A program made the position numbers and the translations under genes. 64,000 bases of DNA from an uncultured Verrucomicrobiae bacterium (lineage in GTDB: Bacteria > Verrucomicrobiota > Verrucomicrobiia > Limisphaerales > Palsa-1400): NCBI GenBank assembly GCA_963707025.1, contig CAVPOM010000007.1, positions 288,001 to 352,000 on the forward strand, in the 5' to 3' direction. Shown here piece after piece: positions 9,642 through 21,672 of the stretch (position 1 is its first letter; every line of letters begins with the position of its first letter). The notes under the pieces were generated by a model. It saw nothing but the letters and a program-made list of their open reading frames with translations, ran no database searches and was not told the DNA's origin.

Positions 9642-9869
9642 TCACGGCTTGCGGACAACCCGAACCACGCCGATGCCGACAAACAGGCCGACCTGACCAA
9701 CAATCATGCCCATCAGGCCCCAGTGGAACACCTGCCAAACTAAAAGCGAAATGGCTGCTGATAATACGGCCCACAATAACGCCGGGCCATTGTCAAACAC
9801 GCCTGCCCGATAAAAGCAAACAGCGAACACCACCAGCAACACGGCATTAAATGAATAAAACGGCATCAT
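9642..9869 (-). CDS. Small multi-TM membrane protein, 75 aa
   Basis: Three hydrophobic segments from MMPFYSFNAVLL. Confidence 0.6.
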   Translation of the reverse strand: MMPFYSFNAVLLVVFAVCFYRAGVFDNGPALLWAVLSAAISLLVWQVFHWGLMGMIVGQVGLFVGIGVVRVVRKP

Positions 9870-10022
9870 GGAAAACGAATCACGCCAAAGGCGCGTAACA
9901 CCCTGAACCGCCGACCGCCGCCGGCAAAGGACGACGGCAGCAAATCCAGCGCCCGAACAAGCCAAATTCCCTAAAACCGAAGCACAGGCGGCGGGTAGTG
10001 TTCAGCGAATTGTGCGGGAACA

Positions 10023-10505
10023 TCATTTCGCTGCTCCTTCGTTCAATCTTGCGGCGAGCTGTGCCGCCCCTTGTTCAGAAAACGGACCCGAGATCATAAT
10101 CTTGCCTCGCGAAATTTCATCCTCCACTTTCGGGCTTGTGCAAACCTTGCCGTCAACCACGAAGGCCAGACGGCGGCCAACGTGATCGCGCGTCACCTCC
10201 GCAAAACGCTTGGCGCCTTGCTCAGTGAAAGTGATTTCCACCGCCGGAGTTCCGGTCACTCGATCTTTCTGCACCGCGGCTGATTTGAGGGCTGAGCGGT
10301 CCAGCAGCGGTTTCTTCTGGACGTTCAGCGGCTCGGAGAATGTCTGCCCGGGTGCGGGGCCTTGGTGAAGCTGAATCAACTGCTCTGAATCGGGCGAGGC
10401 GCTGTCGAGCACCAGGCGCACTTCAAATGGTGCCGGCTGCGATGGCTCGGCGGCGGAGAGAGTGCATGCGAGCAGACAGTTCAAAAGGAGCGTTATCGTT
10501 TTCAT
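10023..10505 (-). CDS. Secreted SecDF P1 head-subdomain-like protein
   Basis: Signal peptide; VEITFTEQGAKRFAEVTRDHVGRRLAFVVDG..P...I..G...ISG signature. Confidence 0.8.
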   Translation of the reverse strand: MKTITLLLNCLLACTLSAAEPSQPAPFEVRLVLDSASPDSEQLIQLHQGPAPGQTFSEPLNVQKKPLLDRSALKSAAVQKDRVTGTPAVEITFTEQGAKRFAEVTRDHVGRRLAFVVDGKVCTSPKVEDEISRGKIMISGPFSEQGAAQLAARLNEGAAK

Positions 10506-10700
10506 TCTGTGTTGGGGTTGCTGTTGGGAGAAAGACTGCATCGGTTTATGGTGGCTCTGGCCAATAACCATGTCGCTCCCGCCGCGCAACATCAAGCCCG
10601 TTCCGCGACTATTTTCATTCTGCATTTTTAATTTTGCATTTTGCATTTCGCTGCTTTCGGTTATTTTAACGGAATGTCTTGATGGCGAAATTCAGCACTC

Positions 10701-13778
<3,078 letters not shown>

Positions 13779-13847
13779 TGGCCTGCCAGTGTGGGAGGCG
13801 ACTTGTTCGACGCCGACTGTTGCAGGCAGGGTGAGATGCGCTACACC

Positions 13848-13924
13848 CGTTACACCGTTACAGTTGTTGATTATCAACGGTTTACGAAAACTGCGCCCGT
13901 TACACCCCGTTACATTCTGTTACA
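13848..13924. repeat. GTTACA direct-repeat array around a GTTGAT-T-ATCAAC palindrome
   Basis: GTTACA at 13849, 13857, 13899, 13909, 13919; palindrome at 13866-13878. Confidence 0.7.
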
Positions 13925-14110
13925 TCCAACCTACTGCCCTTCATCAGATCGGTCAGGTCTTCGATAAGCTGCTCGCTATCGTTGGCCCCTTCGATGCTGT
14001 CTATGATCTGCTCGACGGCCTCTCCCTCGTTTTTCGCTTCGGCCTCCTCTTGGGCCTCCGTTGCCTCGGTCTTCCGCAAGCCTCCAAGAATTGGAGATTC
14101 AAACTTTCAA

Positions 14111-14147
14111 TTGACATTTGACATAATAACGCTTACTTTAAGCGTTA
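14111..14147 (+). promoter_or_regulatory. Sigma70 promoter overlapped by a perfect inverted-repeat operator
   Basis: TTGACA 14111-14116, 17 bp, TACTTT 14134-14139; TAACGCTTA-ctt-TAAGCGTTA at 14127-14147. Confidence 0.7.
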
Positions 14148-14158
14148 CACAGACGTTT

Positions 14159-14758
14159 ATGAATATATCAGCCGAAAATCTTGATGAAATCTTGAGCCGC
14201 CTGAATCGAAAAATGGTTTATGCGGAGGGCAAACCGCTCAATGTGGCGGTATGCGGAGGCTCTGCACTCATCGCCGTTGCTTTAGTGGCTCGTCCAACAA
14301 AGGATGTTGATGTTGTTGCACTCCTTCGCGTGAATCAGGCTAATGTCGAGATTCTGGAGGTCAAGAGTCTGCCTACAGATGTTGAACGGTTGGCTGCGGA
14401 AATCGGGACTGAATTAGGCATTCGGGAAGATTGGTTCAACTTCAATGCGAGTCCGCTGATCGCCTTTGGATTTCCGCCGAACATGACCTCGCGGCTCATC
14501 AAGAAATCCTACGGAATATGCTTGACAGTCTATTTCATCAGTCGCTTTGACCAGGTGCATTTCAAAATATACGCGGCCATGGACCCCAAGGACGGCACCC
14601 GGCACCTCAGCGACCTGCTTGATCTCAAGCCGAAGGAACATGAAGTGAGGGCCGCGGTCTCCTGGCTGCTCGGGCGGAAAGCCAGTGCGGAGTTCAAAGC
14701 CGCCCTCTGCCAAGTGCTGGAGCGAATTGGTTATGAGCGAATCGCTGAACAGATTTAG
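14159..14758 (+). CDS. DUF6036/AbiEii-like nucleotidyltransferase (Pol-beta superfamily), putative toxin
   Basis: VCGGSAL..RPTKDVDV (GGS..DxD) motif, later KIYAA..RHLSDL; 199 aa from ATG 14159. Confidence 0.8.
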   Translation: MNISAENLDEILSRLNRKMVYAEGKPLNVAVCGGSALIAVALVARPTKDVDVVALLRVNQANVEILEVKSLPTDVERLAAEIGTELGIREDWFNFNASPLIAFGFPPNMTSRLIKKSYGICLTVYFISRFDQVHFKIYAAMDPKDGTRHLSDLLDLKPKEHEVRAAVSWLLGRKASAEFKAALCQVLERIGYERIAEQI

Positions 14759-17700
14759 GGAAAAACTGAGCGAACTGGTACTGAACTTCGTTCTTGGGCA
14801 GTGGGCCGCCGTCGGCGTCATGGCCACCCGCACCTCGGACCAAGCGCGCGTCATAGACCCTGAGCCGTTGTTGCTGCTGACTTTGGAGGTTGCCCGGCAC
14901 GATCCACGCACGTTCGACGAAGTTCTCGACTGGCTTATTACGAACGGCCGATGGATCAATGTCACCCGACTTGCTGCGTTGTTTGAAGCGGACAGGATTT
15001 GCGCCCCAGAGGTATTGGGCGCTGTCGCGGCCACCCTGTCGCTGCACGACAAGACACCCAAATGGCGCAACTTGGCTGCCAGGTTAAAGCCACTCCCCGA
15101 CAAATCCCCGGAGGCGCTATTCCGCAAAAACGGCCAACCGCTGTTCCTGCCTGGTTCGGAGCCGGATGCCATTTTCAAATCCTATGGATTGCTCCGCACC
15201 CCTGTGCAAACGCGCGGACTTTCCTCCCCGGTTTTACCGTCGCGGACGTTGGAGTGGAGTGCCGCGAACTTCATGTTCAAAGCACGGGCATTATTTGGAG
15301 TGAGCATTCGCGCGGATGCTTTCACTCTTGTCGTGCTGCATGGGTCCTCCAATCCAACCCGCATCGCCCGCGAACTCGGCTATTCCCAGCGTCGCGTGCA
15401 AGATGCTTTGTTGGACATGACATCCGCCGGTGTTTTCCAAGTTCGGAATGTCGGCAATGCCAAGGAGTATTTTGCGGATTCCGAAAGGGTGTTGCGTTTT
15501 CTTGGCGCTCTCGAGGAAGGGATTTGCTGGTTTGATTGGAGAACTCAAGCCCGGGCCTTGAGCACCGTTTGGCGCCGCGTCTTCGCGATGCGTGAGGAGA
15601 ATTTAACGGCTTATATTTTGGAATCGGAACAGGAGAAAATCCTCCGCGAAGTAGAGAATGACCTGCTGCGGGCCATCCCCAAACGTCCCGCTGCCACACT
15701 TGCCGGCTCTGGCCTTCTGCCAGGGAAGCCCCAGGGTTTGATGGAAACAATACAAAGGACTTTACCGCCGTCTGGTGACTTCAAGTGGCAGCGGTTGTGG
15801 GTGGCCCGCGGAGGCAGAATCAGCCTCGCCGATGGCGGATTTCCATACCTTGCCACATTTCCGTGGGACACATCCCGTCCTGAAGTGGTGCCCTATGAGT
15901 CCATCGCCGCCATCCCATGCCTGGTCTTGTTGGGCGAGCCGGGGATGGGAAAGAGCCATGCCATCAGAGCGGCGAAGGAATCCGCTCAATCTTCAATGGA
16001 TGCCACGAAGGCGAAGTCGCTCTTTCTCGATCTTAAATCGTATGGAAACGAAGAACGGTTGAGGAAAGATTTGTTTGGTTCACCCGAGTTCCGGGGATGG
16101 TCCAACGGCGAATTTCAACTCCATCTTTTCCTCGACAGCTTGGACGAGGCGCTCTTGAATCAGCAAACCATCGCCGGTGTGTTGGCCGATGGGATCGGCC
16201 AACTCCCATCTATGGCAGGTTTGTCGCTCCGCATCGCTTGCCGGACGGCCGATTGGCCCTCGGAATTGGAGCAAGCCCTGAAATTGAAATGGCCAGAACC
16301 TGATTTCGGCGTGTACGAATTGGCCCCGCTGACCAGAAACGATGTCAGCGAAGCAGCCAAAGGCAGTGGGATTGACGCAACTGCTTTCCAGCGCTTGATT
16401 GAGGACCATGACTTGGTTCCTTTGGCCTGCAAACCGATTACCCTCAAATTCCTGCTTCTAACCTTCGCGCGAGGCACCTTGCATGGTTTTAGCCAAAAAC
16501 AACTGTACGCGAAAGGATGCCGCATTCTCTGCGAGGAGCAAAGTCCTGCACGCAGACGGTCAAAAGGGGTCTGTACGCTCACCCCCGACCAACGGTTTCA
16601 AATCGCAATGCGCATCGCCGCGGCGACTATTTTGTGCCAACGGGACGCGATCTGGACGGCGGCAGAAAGCGGCGATCCATTGGAATCAGACGTGACCATG
16701 AACGAGCTGTGTGTGGGACCTTTCTCTGCAACAGGCGTTGCCCTCACCCGTGAAAACGTGATGGAAACGCTTTCAACAGGTTTGTTCTGTTCTCGCGGGG
16801 AGAACCGACTCGGCTGGGCGCATCAGACGTACGCCGAGTTCCTGGCCGCTCAGTTTCTTCATGACAGCAAGATGTCGCTTGAGAAAATGCTCAAGTTGTT
16901 GGTCTATCACGGAGATTCGGAAGGAAAACTGGTTCCGCAACTCCATGAAACCGCAGCCTGGCTGGCGACGATGGATGCCTCTATCCGTGAGGCTATATTC
17001 AAGACCGAGCCGGATATACTGTTGCGCAGCGACATTTCGTCCGCAGGCGATGAAGACAAAGAAGGACTTGTGAGAGTCCTGTTAAGACAACTCAATGATG
17101 GAGTCTTAGACAGCCTCCCCTCGCGTCAAAGGTGGCCAAAACTCAAGCATCCAAAAATGGCAGACCAACTCCGCCCGTACATCCTGGACCGGTCGAAGTC
17201 AATGAACGCCCGGTTGGAAGCAATCAACCTCGCTGAAGCTTGTGAACTGACGGAATTTGCCAACGACTTGGCGGAAATCGCGTTGGACCACAGCGAGGAG
17301 AGTCAGCTTCGCAAAGGCGCCGCTTTATTTGTGGCCCACCTCGGTTTGGCGACCGAAAAAGGGCGATTGAAGCCCCTGGTCCACCTATCCGCCGAAGAAG
17401 ACCCAAAAAACGATTTAAAGGGGTGCGCCCTCGAAGCGTGTTGGCCGGAGCAAATGTCCGGTGCTGAACTTTTTTCAGTGCTGACGCTTCCACCAGAGAA
17501 CGGGTTCTATGGCACGTACAAGCATTTCCTAGCGCGTCGGCTCATCGGCAACATAAAGGCGGAACATTTGCCACAGGCGCTCAGATGGGTGCGACAGCAA
17601 AAGCCACGACGTGGGCTTCGTCCTTCCTTTGGCAAACTACTAGAGGAGATCCTCAAAATTGCTGCTAATAATCTGGAGGGACCTGATGTGCTTGATGAGT

Positions 17701-19937
17701 TTTCAAGAACGATCCTGGATCGGCTGCGAAAGCATGATTTGGACATCCGGTCTGACGAGTGGCTGCAGATGCTCAAGACTGACGACCAACTGAGGTTGCA
17801 TATTGTCGAGACAATTCTGTGTGAACTTTCGCAAGCCAATGAGAGCCAGGGGTCGGTGACCATGTTCATGGGGGAGTGTCCGATACTGACTCGAAATGAT
17901 TTCAACTGGTTGGCGGATCATCTGGAGCGAGAAGACAACCGCGAGCGCCAGGCGGTGCTGGCGCAGTGGTTGCAGTTGGCTTGGATCAAAATGGATTGGT
18001 CGCAAACCGAAAGGATCATGAGTCTTGCGGAGAAAATCCCTGCCGCACACAAGCGATTCTTGCCCGACTTGAGTCCGATTGAACTTGGTTCAGAAAGAGC
18101 GAAAAGGGAGCGTGAAGAGTATGAAGCTCTCGCCAGCATCCACCAAGACGAAGCGGAAGCACAACAACCACTGGATCCGCCTCCCTATAAGAGGGTCCTG
18201 TCAATTCTGGAGCAATTCGAAGGCGGGAATACAGATGTCTTTTGGCTACTGGTCAGGGAACTCTGCTTGACAGCGAAGAGCAACTATTACGATAATGAAG
18301 AAGCTTCCGACGTTACACAATTGCCTGGTTGGAAGGAGGCGGATTCGTCAGTTCGAGGCCGGATCATCAAAGCTGCGGAAACTTATATCCGGGACAAAGA
18401 CGCCAATCCCGATGCCTGGTTTACGGAACCAAACATTGTCCATCTTCCGGCCGCAGCCGGCTTCAAGGCGCTTTATCTCCTTTACAAGGAAGCACCACTC
18501 CTGTTTCCCGCGTTGCCCGTCAGTGTTTGGAGTAAGTGGGTCGCAATCATTCTGGGTTATCCAGTATTTGATGAACTTGAACCCCACACGATTTTGACGC
18601 GAAAAGCCTACGAGGTCGTCCCGGAAGACACACTGTTATGGTTTGCGAAAGTCTTGCAAAAGGAGAAACGGGAATCCGCAGGACCGGCCGTCTTGAGCAA
18701 GTTGGGCGGTTTGTGGGACAGCCGGATTGCCGGCCTCGTTCTCCAAACCGCCAAAGACCCGGAAACCAGCCCGGATACTCTGGCAGACCTCCTCAAAGCC
18801 ATGCTGGGACAAAGGGAGACCGATGCAGTTTCACTTGCTTCATCGCTGCTTGATCTCCGCTCATCCGCCGATGAATTCAGCCGTCAGAAAGCGTTGGCTG
18901 CCGCTGAAATCTTGGTCGAGCATTCCCCAGGAAGTTGGAATGCGTTGTGGCCTTTGATTCTCGAGGATGGCCCTTTTGGGAGAAACTTCGTGGCCAGACT
19001 TGCTTACACTTATTTTCTCACGCCGACCGTGCTCCTTAATCAATTGAGTGAAGACCAAGTTGCAGAACTATATTGCTGGCTTGTCGGGCACTATCCGCAT
19101 GAAAAGGACAAGAGGCGCACCGGTGCCCATTTCGTTGGCCCTGAGGAAAAGATCGAGCGATTGCGCGATGGAGTGCTCCAACATCTTTCCGAGCGTGGAA
19201 CACCGGCGACCCTTTCTGCCATCGAATCCATCCAGAGCAGGTTGCCCAAATTGGATCTCAAGCAAGTGCTGTCACACGCCAAGGCGATCACACGCAAAAA
19301 GGACTGGCGGCCACCCACGCCCGGCGACTTGTTCGCTTTTGCCGATCAAAGGGATGCCCGCCTCGTCCGGGATGCCGATGAATTACTGGAAGCTGTCCTG
19401 GAGAGCCTCGCCAAATTCGGAATAAAACTCCAGGGGGAGACTCCCTTGAGTCAGTATCTCTGGAACATTGCCGACGACATATTTCGACCAAAAGACGAAG
19501 CCGCGTTTGCGGACCAAGTCAAGCTGCACCTCCAGACTGATCTGGCTTCATGCGGCATCATTCCCAAACGCGAAGTTGAGATTCGGCGAGGTCAGGAGAC
19601 GGATATCCATGTGGATGCGGTGGCAAAAGTGGAAGGCGCCTCATATAAAGCGGTTAGCGTCATTATCGAAACCAAATGCTCCTGGAACCCTGGATTGGAG
19701 AAGGACATGGAATCACAACTGGCCGGACGTTACCTTCGAGACAACCAATGTCAGCATGGAATCTACTTGGTGGGCTGGTTCACCAGCGACAAATGGGACG
19801 ATAAAGACTACCGCCGCAGGCGCTTGACGTCCTCCGACAAAAGTGCGTTGCAGGCGAACCTTGACGCCAAAGCAGAAGAGTTGTCCAAAGCGGGGATTAA
19901 GGTTCGGGCAATGATCCTGGATGCCAGCCTGCGATAA
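14733..19937 (+). CDS. 1734-aa fusion: antitoxin-like/wHTH module + NACHT/STAND NTPase + helical repeats + C-terminal PD-(D/E)xK nuclease
   Basis: HTH NPTRIARELGYSQRRVQDAL; Walker A GEPGMGKS at 15933-15956; Walker B LFLDSLDE near 16125-16148; IACR sensor, PITL and WAHQTYAEFLAA winged-helix motifs; ETDIHV..IIETK at 19596-19676. Confidence 0.8.
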   Translation: MSESLNRFREKLSELVLNFVLGQWAAVGVMATRTSDQARVIDPEPLLLLTLEVARHDPRTFDEVLDWLITNGRWINVTRLAALFEADRICAPEVLGAVAATLSLHDKTPKWRNLAARLKPLPDKSPEALFRKNGQPLFLPGSEPDAIFKSYGLLRTPVQTRGLSSPVLPSRTLEWSAANFMFKARALFGVSIRADAFTLVVLHGSSNPTRIARELGYSQRRVQDALLDMTSAGVFQVRNVGNAKEYFADSERVLRFLGALEEGICWFDWRTQARALSTVWRRVFAMREENLTAYILESEQEKILREVENDLLRAIPKRPAATLAGSGLLPGKPQGLMETIQRTLPPSGDFKWQRLWVARGGRISLADGGFPYLATFPWDTSRPEVVPYESIAAIPCLVLLGEPGMGKSHAIRAAKESAQSSMDATKAKSLFLDLKSYGNEERLRKDLFGSPEFRGWSNGEFQLHLFLDSLDEALLNQQTIAGVLADGIGQLPSMAGLSLRIACRTADWPSELEQALKLKWPEPDFGVYELAPLTRNDVSEAAKGSGIDATAFQRLIEDHDLVPLACKPITLKFLLLTFARGTLHGFSQKQLYAKGCRILCEEQSPARRRSKGVCTLTPDQRFQIAMRIAAATILCQRDAIWTAAESGDPLESDVTMNELCVGPFSATGVALTRENVMETLSTGLFCSRGENRLGWAHQTYAEFLAAQFLHDSKMSLEKMLKLLVYHGDSEGKLVPQLHETAAWLATMDASIREAIFKTEPDILLRSDISSAGDEDKEGLVRVLLRQLNDGVLDSLPSRQRWPKLKHPKMADQLRPYILDRSKSMNARLEAINLAEACELTEFANDLAEIALDHSEESQLRKGAALFVAHLGLATEKGRLKPLVHLSAEEDPKNDLKGCALEACWPEQMSGAELFSVLTLPPENGFYGTYKHFLARRLIGNIKAEHLPQALRWVRQQKPRRGLRPSFGKLLEEILKIAANNLEGPDVLDEFSRTILDRLRKHDLDIRSDEWLQMLKTDDQLRLHIVETILCELSQANESQGSVTMFMGECPILTRNDFNWLADHLEREDNRERQAVLAQWLQLAWIKMDWSQTERIMSLAEKIPAAHKRFLPDLSPIELGSERAKREREEYEALASIHQDEAEAQQPLDPPPYKRVLSILEQFEGGNTDVFWLLVRELCLTAKSNYYDNEEASDVTQLPGWKEADSSVRGRIIKAAETYIRDKDANPDAWFTEPNIVHLPAAAGFKALYLLYKEAPLLFPALPVSVWSKWVAIILGYPVFDELEPHTILTRKAYEVVPEDTLLWFAKVLQKEKRESAGPAVLSKLGGLWDSRIAGLVLQTAKDPETSPDTLADLLKAMLGQRETDAVSLASSLLDLRSSADEFSRQKALAAAEILVEHSPGSWNALWPLILEDGPFGRNFVARLAYTYFLTPTVLLNQLSEDQVAELYCWLVGHYPHEKDKRRTGAHFVGPEEKIERLRDGVLQHLSERGTPATLSAIESIQSRLPKLDLKQVLSHAKAITRKKDWRPPTPGDLFAFADQRDARLVRDADELLEAVLESLAKFGIKLQGETPLSQYLWNIADDIFRPKDEAAFADQVKLHLQTDLASCGIIPKREVEIRRGQETDIHVDAVAKVEGASYKAVSVIIETKCSWNPGLEKDMESQLAGRYLRDNQCQHGIYLVGWFTSDKWDDKDYRRRRLTSSDKSALQANLDAKAEELSKAGIKVRAMILDASLR

Positions 19938-20246
19938 GCGGAAGCCAGAAGGCCAGGCGTTCGCCCCGCCCGTTGTCGAAATCCAGGCGAAGTCTTTGCG
20001 TTCATTCGCGTTCGTTGGCGGCAATTCCTCCCTAGCGCCCATCATTTTGCCCCTCAATGATTTTGCCTCTCCCCATGATTCTGTCCTGCCATGATTCCGT
20101 TCTCATCCCGCCCGCCCTTCGTTGTCTCCGCGCCCTCCTGTTCAAATCCCCTTCTTGTTTGAGCATTCCGATTTTCCGCATCTGCGTGAATCTGCGTCCA
20201 TCTGCGGGAAACTCCGGAATCGGTTGCGATTTGTCGCGCCAAGCCC

Positions 20247-20311
20247 TTTGGCGGCAATTCCTGGTCTTGGTTCTGGAATCAAAGCAAAGGCTCCGTTTCG
20301 CCTCCTTCTGT
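20247..20311. repeat. Direct repeat, copy A, flanking the DUF6883/DUF4926-like pair
   Basis: 24-bp exact match tttggcggcaattcctggtcttgg with 21116-21139; similarity continues downstream. Confidence 0.8.
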
Positions 20312-20340
20312 TGATAAACCTGCCCCGCCCGGTATTGGTG

Positions 20341-20589
20341 TCACACGGCGTGGGCGAGTGGGCGCACATGCAGGACGCTTTTCGCCGTGAGCGGCTCGAT
20401 TTGTGACTCCCGCACCGTCACGACGTCAACGGTCTCGCCCACCGCGTTAAACACCTCCAAGGTGTAACCTGGTTCCTGTTCCAGACGGCCTGGATGGTAT
20501 TCGACAATCGTAGCCACATCCCCGCGCTCAAGCCGATGCTTGGGCAGGCTGGCCTTTAGTGATACTCTGCTGAACATCTTATATTTCAT
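20341..20589 (-). CDS. DUF4926-like protein (putative antitoxin/immunity)
   Basis: LERGDVATIVE..GYTLEVFNAVGETVDVVTV pattern; ATGA overlap with the upstream gene. Confidence 0.75.
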   Translation of the reverse strand: MKYKMFSRVSLKASLPKHRLERGDVATIVEYHPGRLEQEPGYTLEVFNAVGETVDVVTVRESQIEPLTAKSVLHVRPLAHAV

Positions 20590-20912
20590 GTCTTTTCCGG
20601 ATAAAGCGTCACAAACTTGGACTTGCCCCCGGCGTGCTCGACCATCCAAATGGACACCACGCGCAAGGTCCGTCCATTCGGCCCTGTCAATTTGCCGCGG
20701 ATCTCATATTTGGTGCCATATTCGCCTCGTTCCAAAAATTTGGCTTCGTGTGGCAGCAATTGCGTTCGCAGGTCTGCCAACAGTCGGTCGGTGGTTTCCG
20801 GAATGTAACCGGCTCCAGCCAGAAAACCTGACTTGTCGTCCTCCGGACGACTCACCAGAAGATAGTCGCTGATCTTTCGGCGCGCAATAAAAGTATCAGG
20901 CCGCAATCTCAT
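20586..20912 (-). CDS. DUF6883-like protein (putative toxin)
   Basis: KISDYLL..DKSGFL..GY..YGTKYEIRGKLTGPNGR..V.SIW pattern. Confidence 0.75.
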   Translation of the reverse strand: MRLRPDTFIARRKISDYLLVSRPEDDKSGFLAGAGYIPETTDRLLADLRTQLLPHEAKFLERGEYGTKYEIRGKLTGPNGRTLRVVSIWMVEHAGGKSKFVTLYPEKT

Positions 20913-21115
20913 TGGCGGAACTCAGTTGCGTAGTGACGCCGGTGCCTGTCGGTCGGCCTGGATGACCCAAGCGCCTCCGGCGTCATCGGCGTTGTCCCGT
21001 CATGGCCGGGGTAAATCATATTAAACTCTGCCGACAACAGGGTAAAGTCCCGTCCAGCCATTCTCAAGAGTCTTTCTTAAACCGGTGCCCCACGGTTTCT
21101 CGACGCGCTGGGCCG

Positions 21116-21186
21116 TTTGGCGGCAATTCCTGGTCTTGGGTTTGGAATCAACGCAAAACCTCCGTTCCCTTCGCGTTCTTCTGTTT
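21116..21186. repeat. Direct repeat, copy B
   Basis: Matches 20247-20311. Confidence 0.8.
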
Positions 21187-21312
21187 AAAGATCTTCCTGT
21201 CTTCGCGAGCGGTGCGTTCTTTGAGGTCAATTCATTCTCGGCTGCGGCTTTGCCGCGCTGCGGTTCCTCCGCTGTCGGAATCAAGCGCAATCATCAGTAT
21301 CCTTTCGATGAA

Positions 21313-21364
21313 CCCTCACCTCACCCTGGCCCTCTCCCCTCCCATCGGATGGGAGCGGAGAGGG
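21313..21364. repeat. REP-like palindrome of the ccctcacc..ccctctccc..ggagaggg type
   Basis: ccctctcccctcccatc/gatgggagcggagaggg hairpin. Confidence 0.65.
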
Positions 21365-21672
21365 AACCGCAGACGGACACGAGTTCTTCCACGAAGGCCT
21401 GTCGAGCAACGGCCGGTTCATGGTTCCCATGCGCGGCAAGAATTTGGCGTGGCGGCTAATCATAATCCTAATGTTAATCGGGCCTTCCCCTTTAGCATTT
21501 AGCATTCAGCATTTGGCATTTCCCCCAGACGGGTCCAGACCCTTGGAAACCCCGGGCGCAGGCATTCACGCCGCCTCATCGCAACACGAAAACAGATGAA
21601 TTTTTGAGTCGCCTCCTGGCCCGCCCTGTCGGATAATCGGGAGCCGTATGTCAGGTTTATCGGAGAATCTCC

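Noticed and set aside
13848..13924. CRISPR array or tRNA
   Set aside because: Repeats are only 6-8 bp with no spacer-length intervals; no cloverleaf; no cas genes
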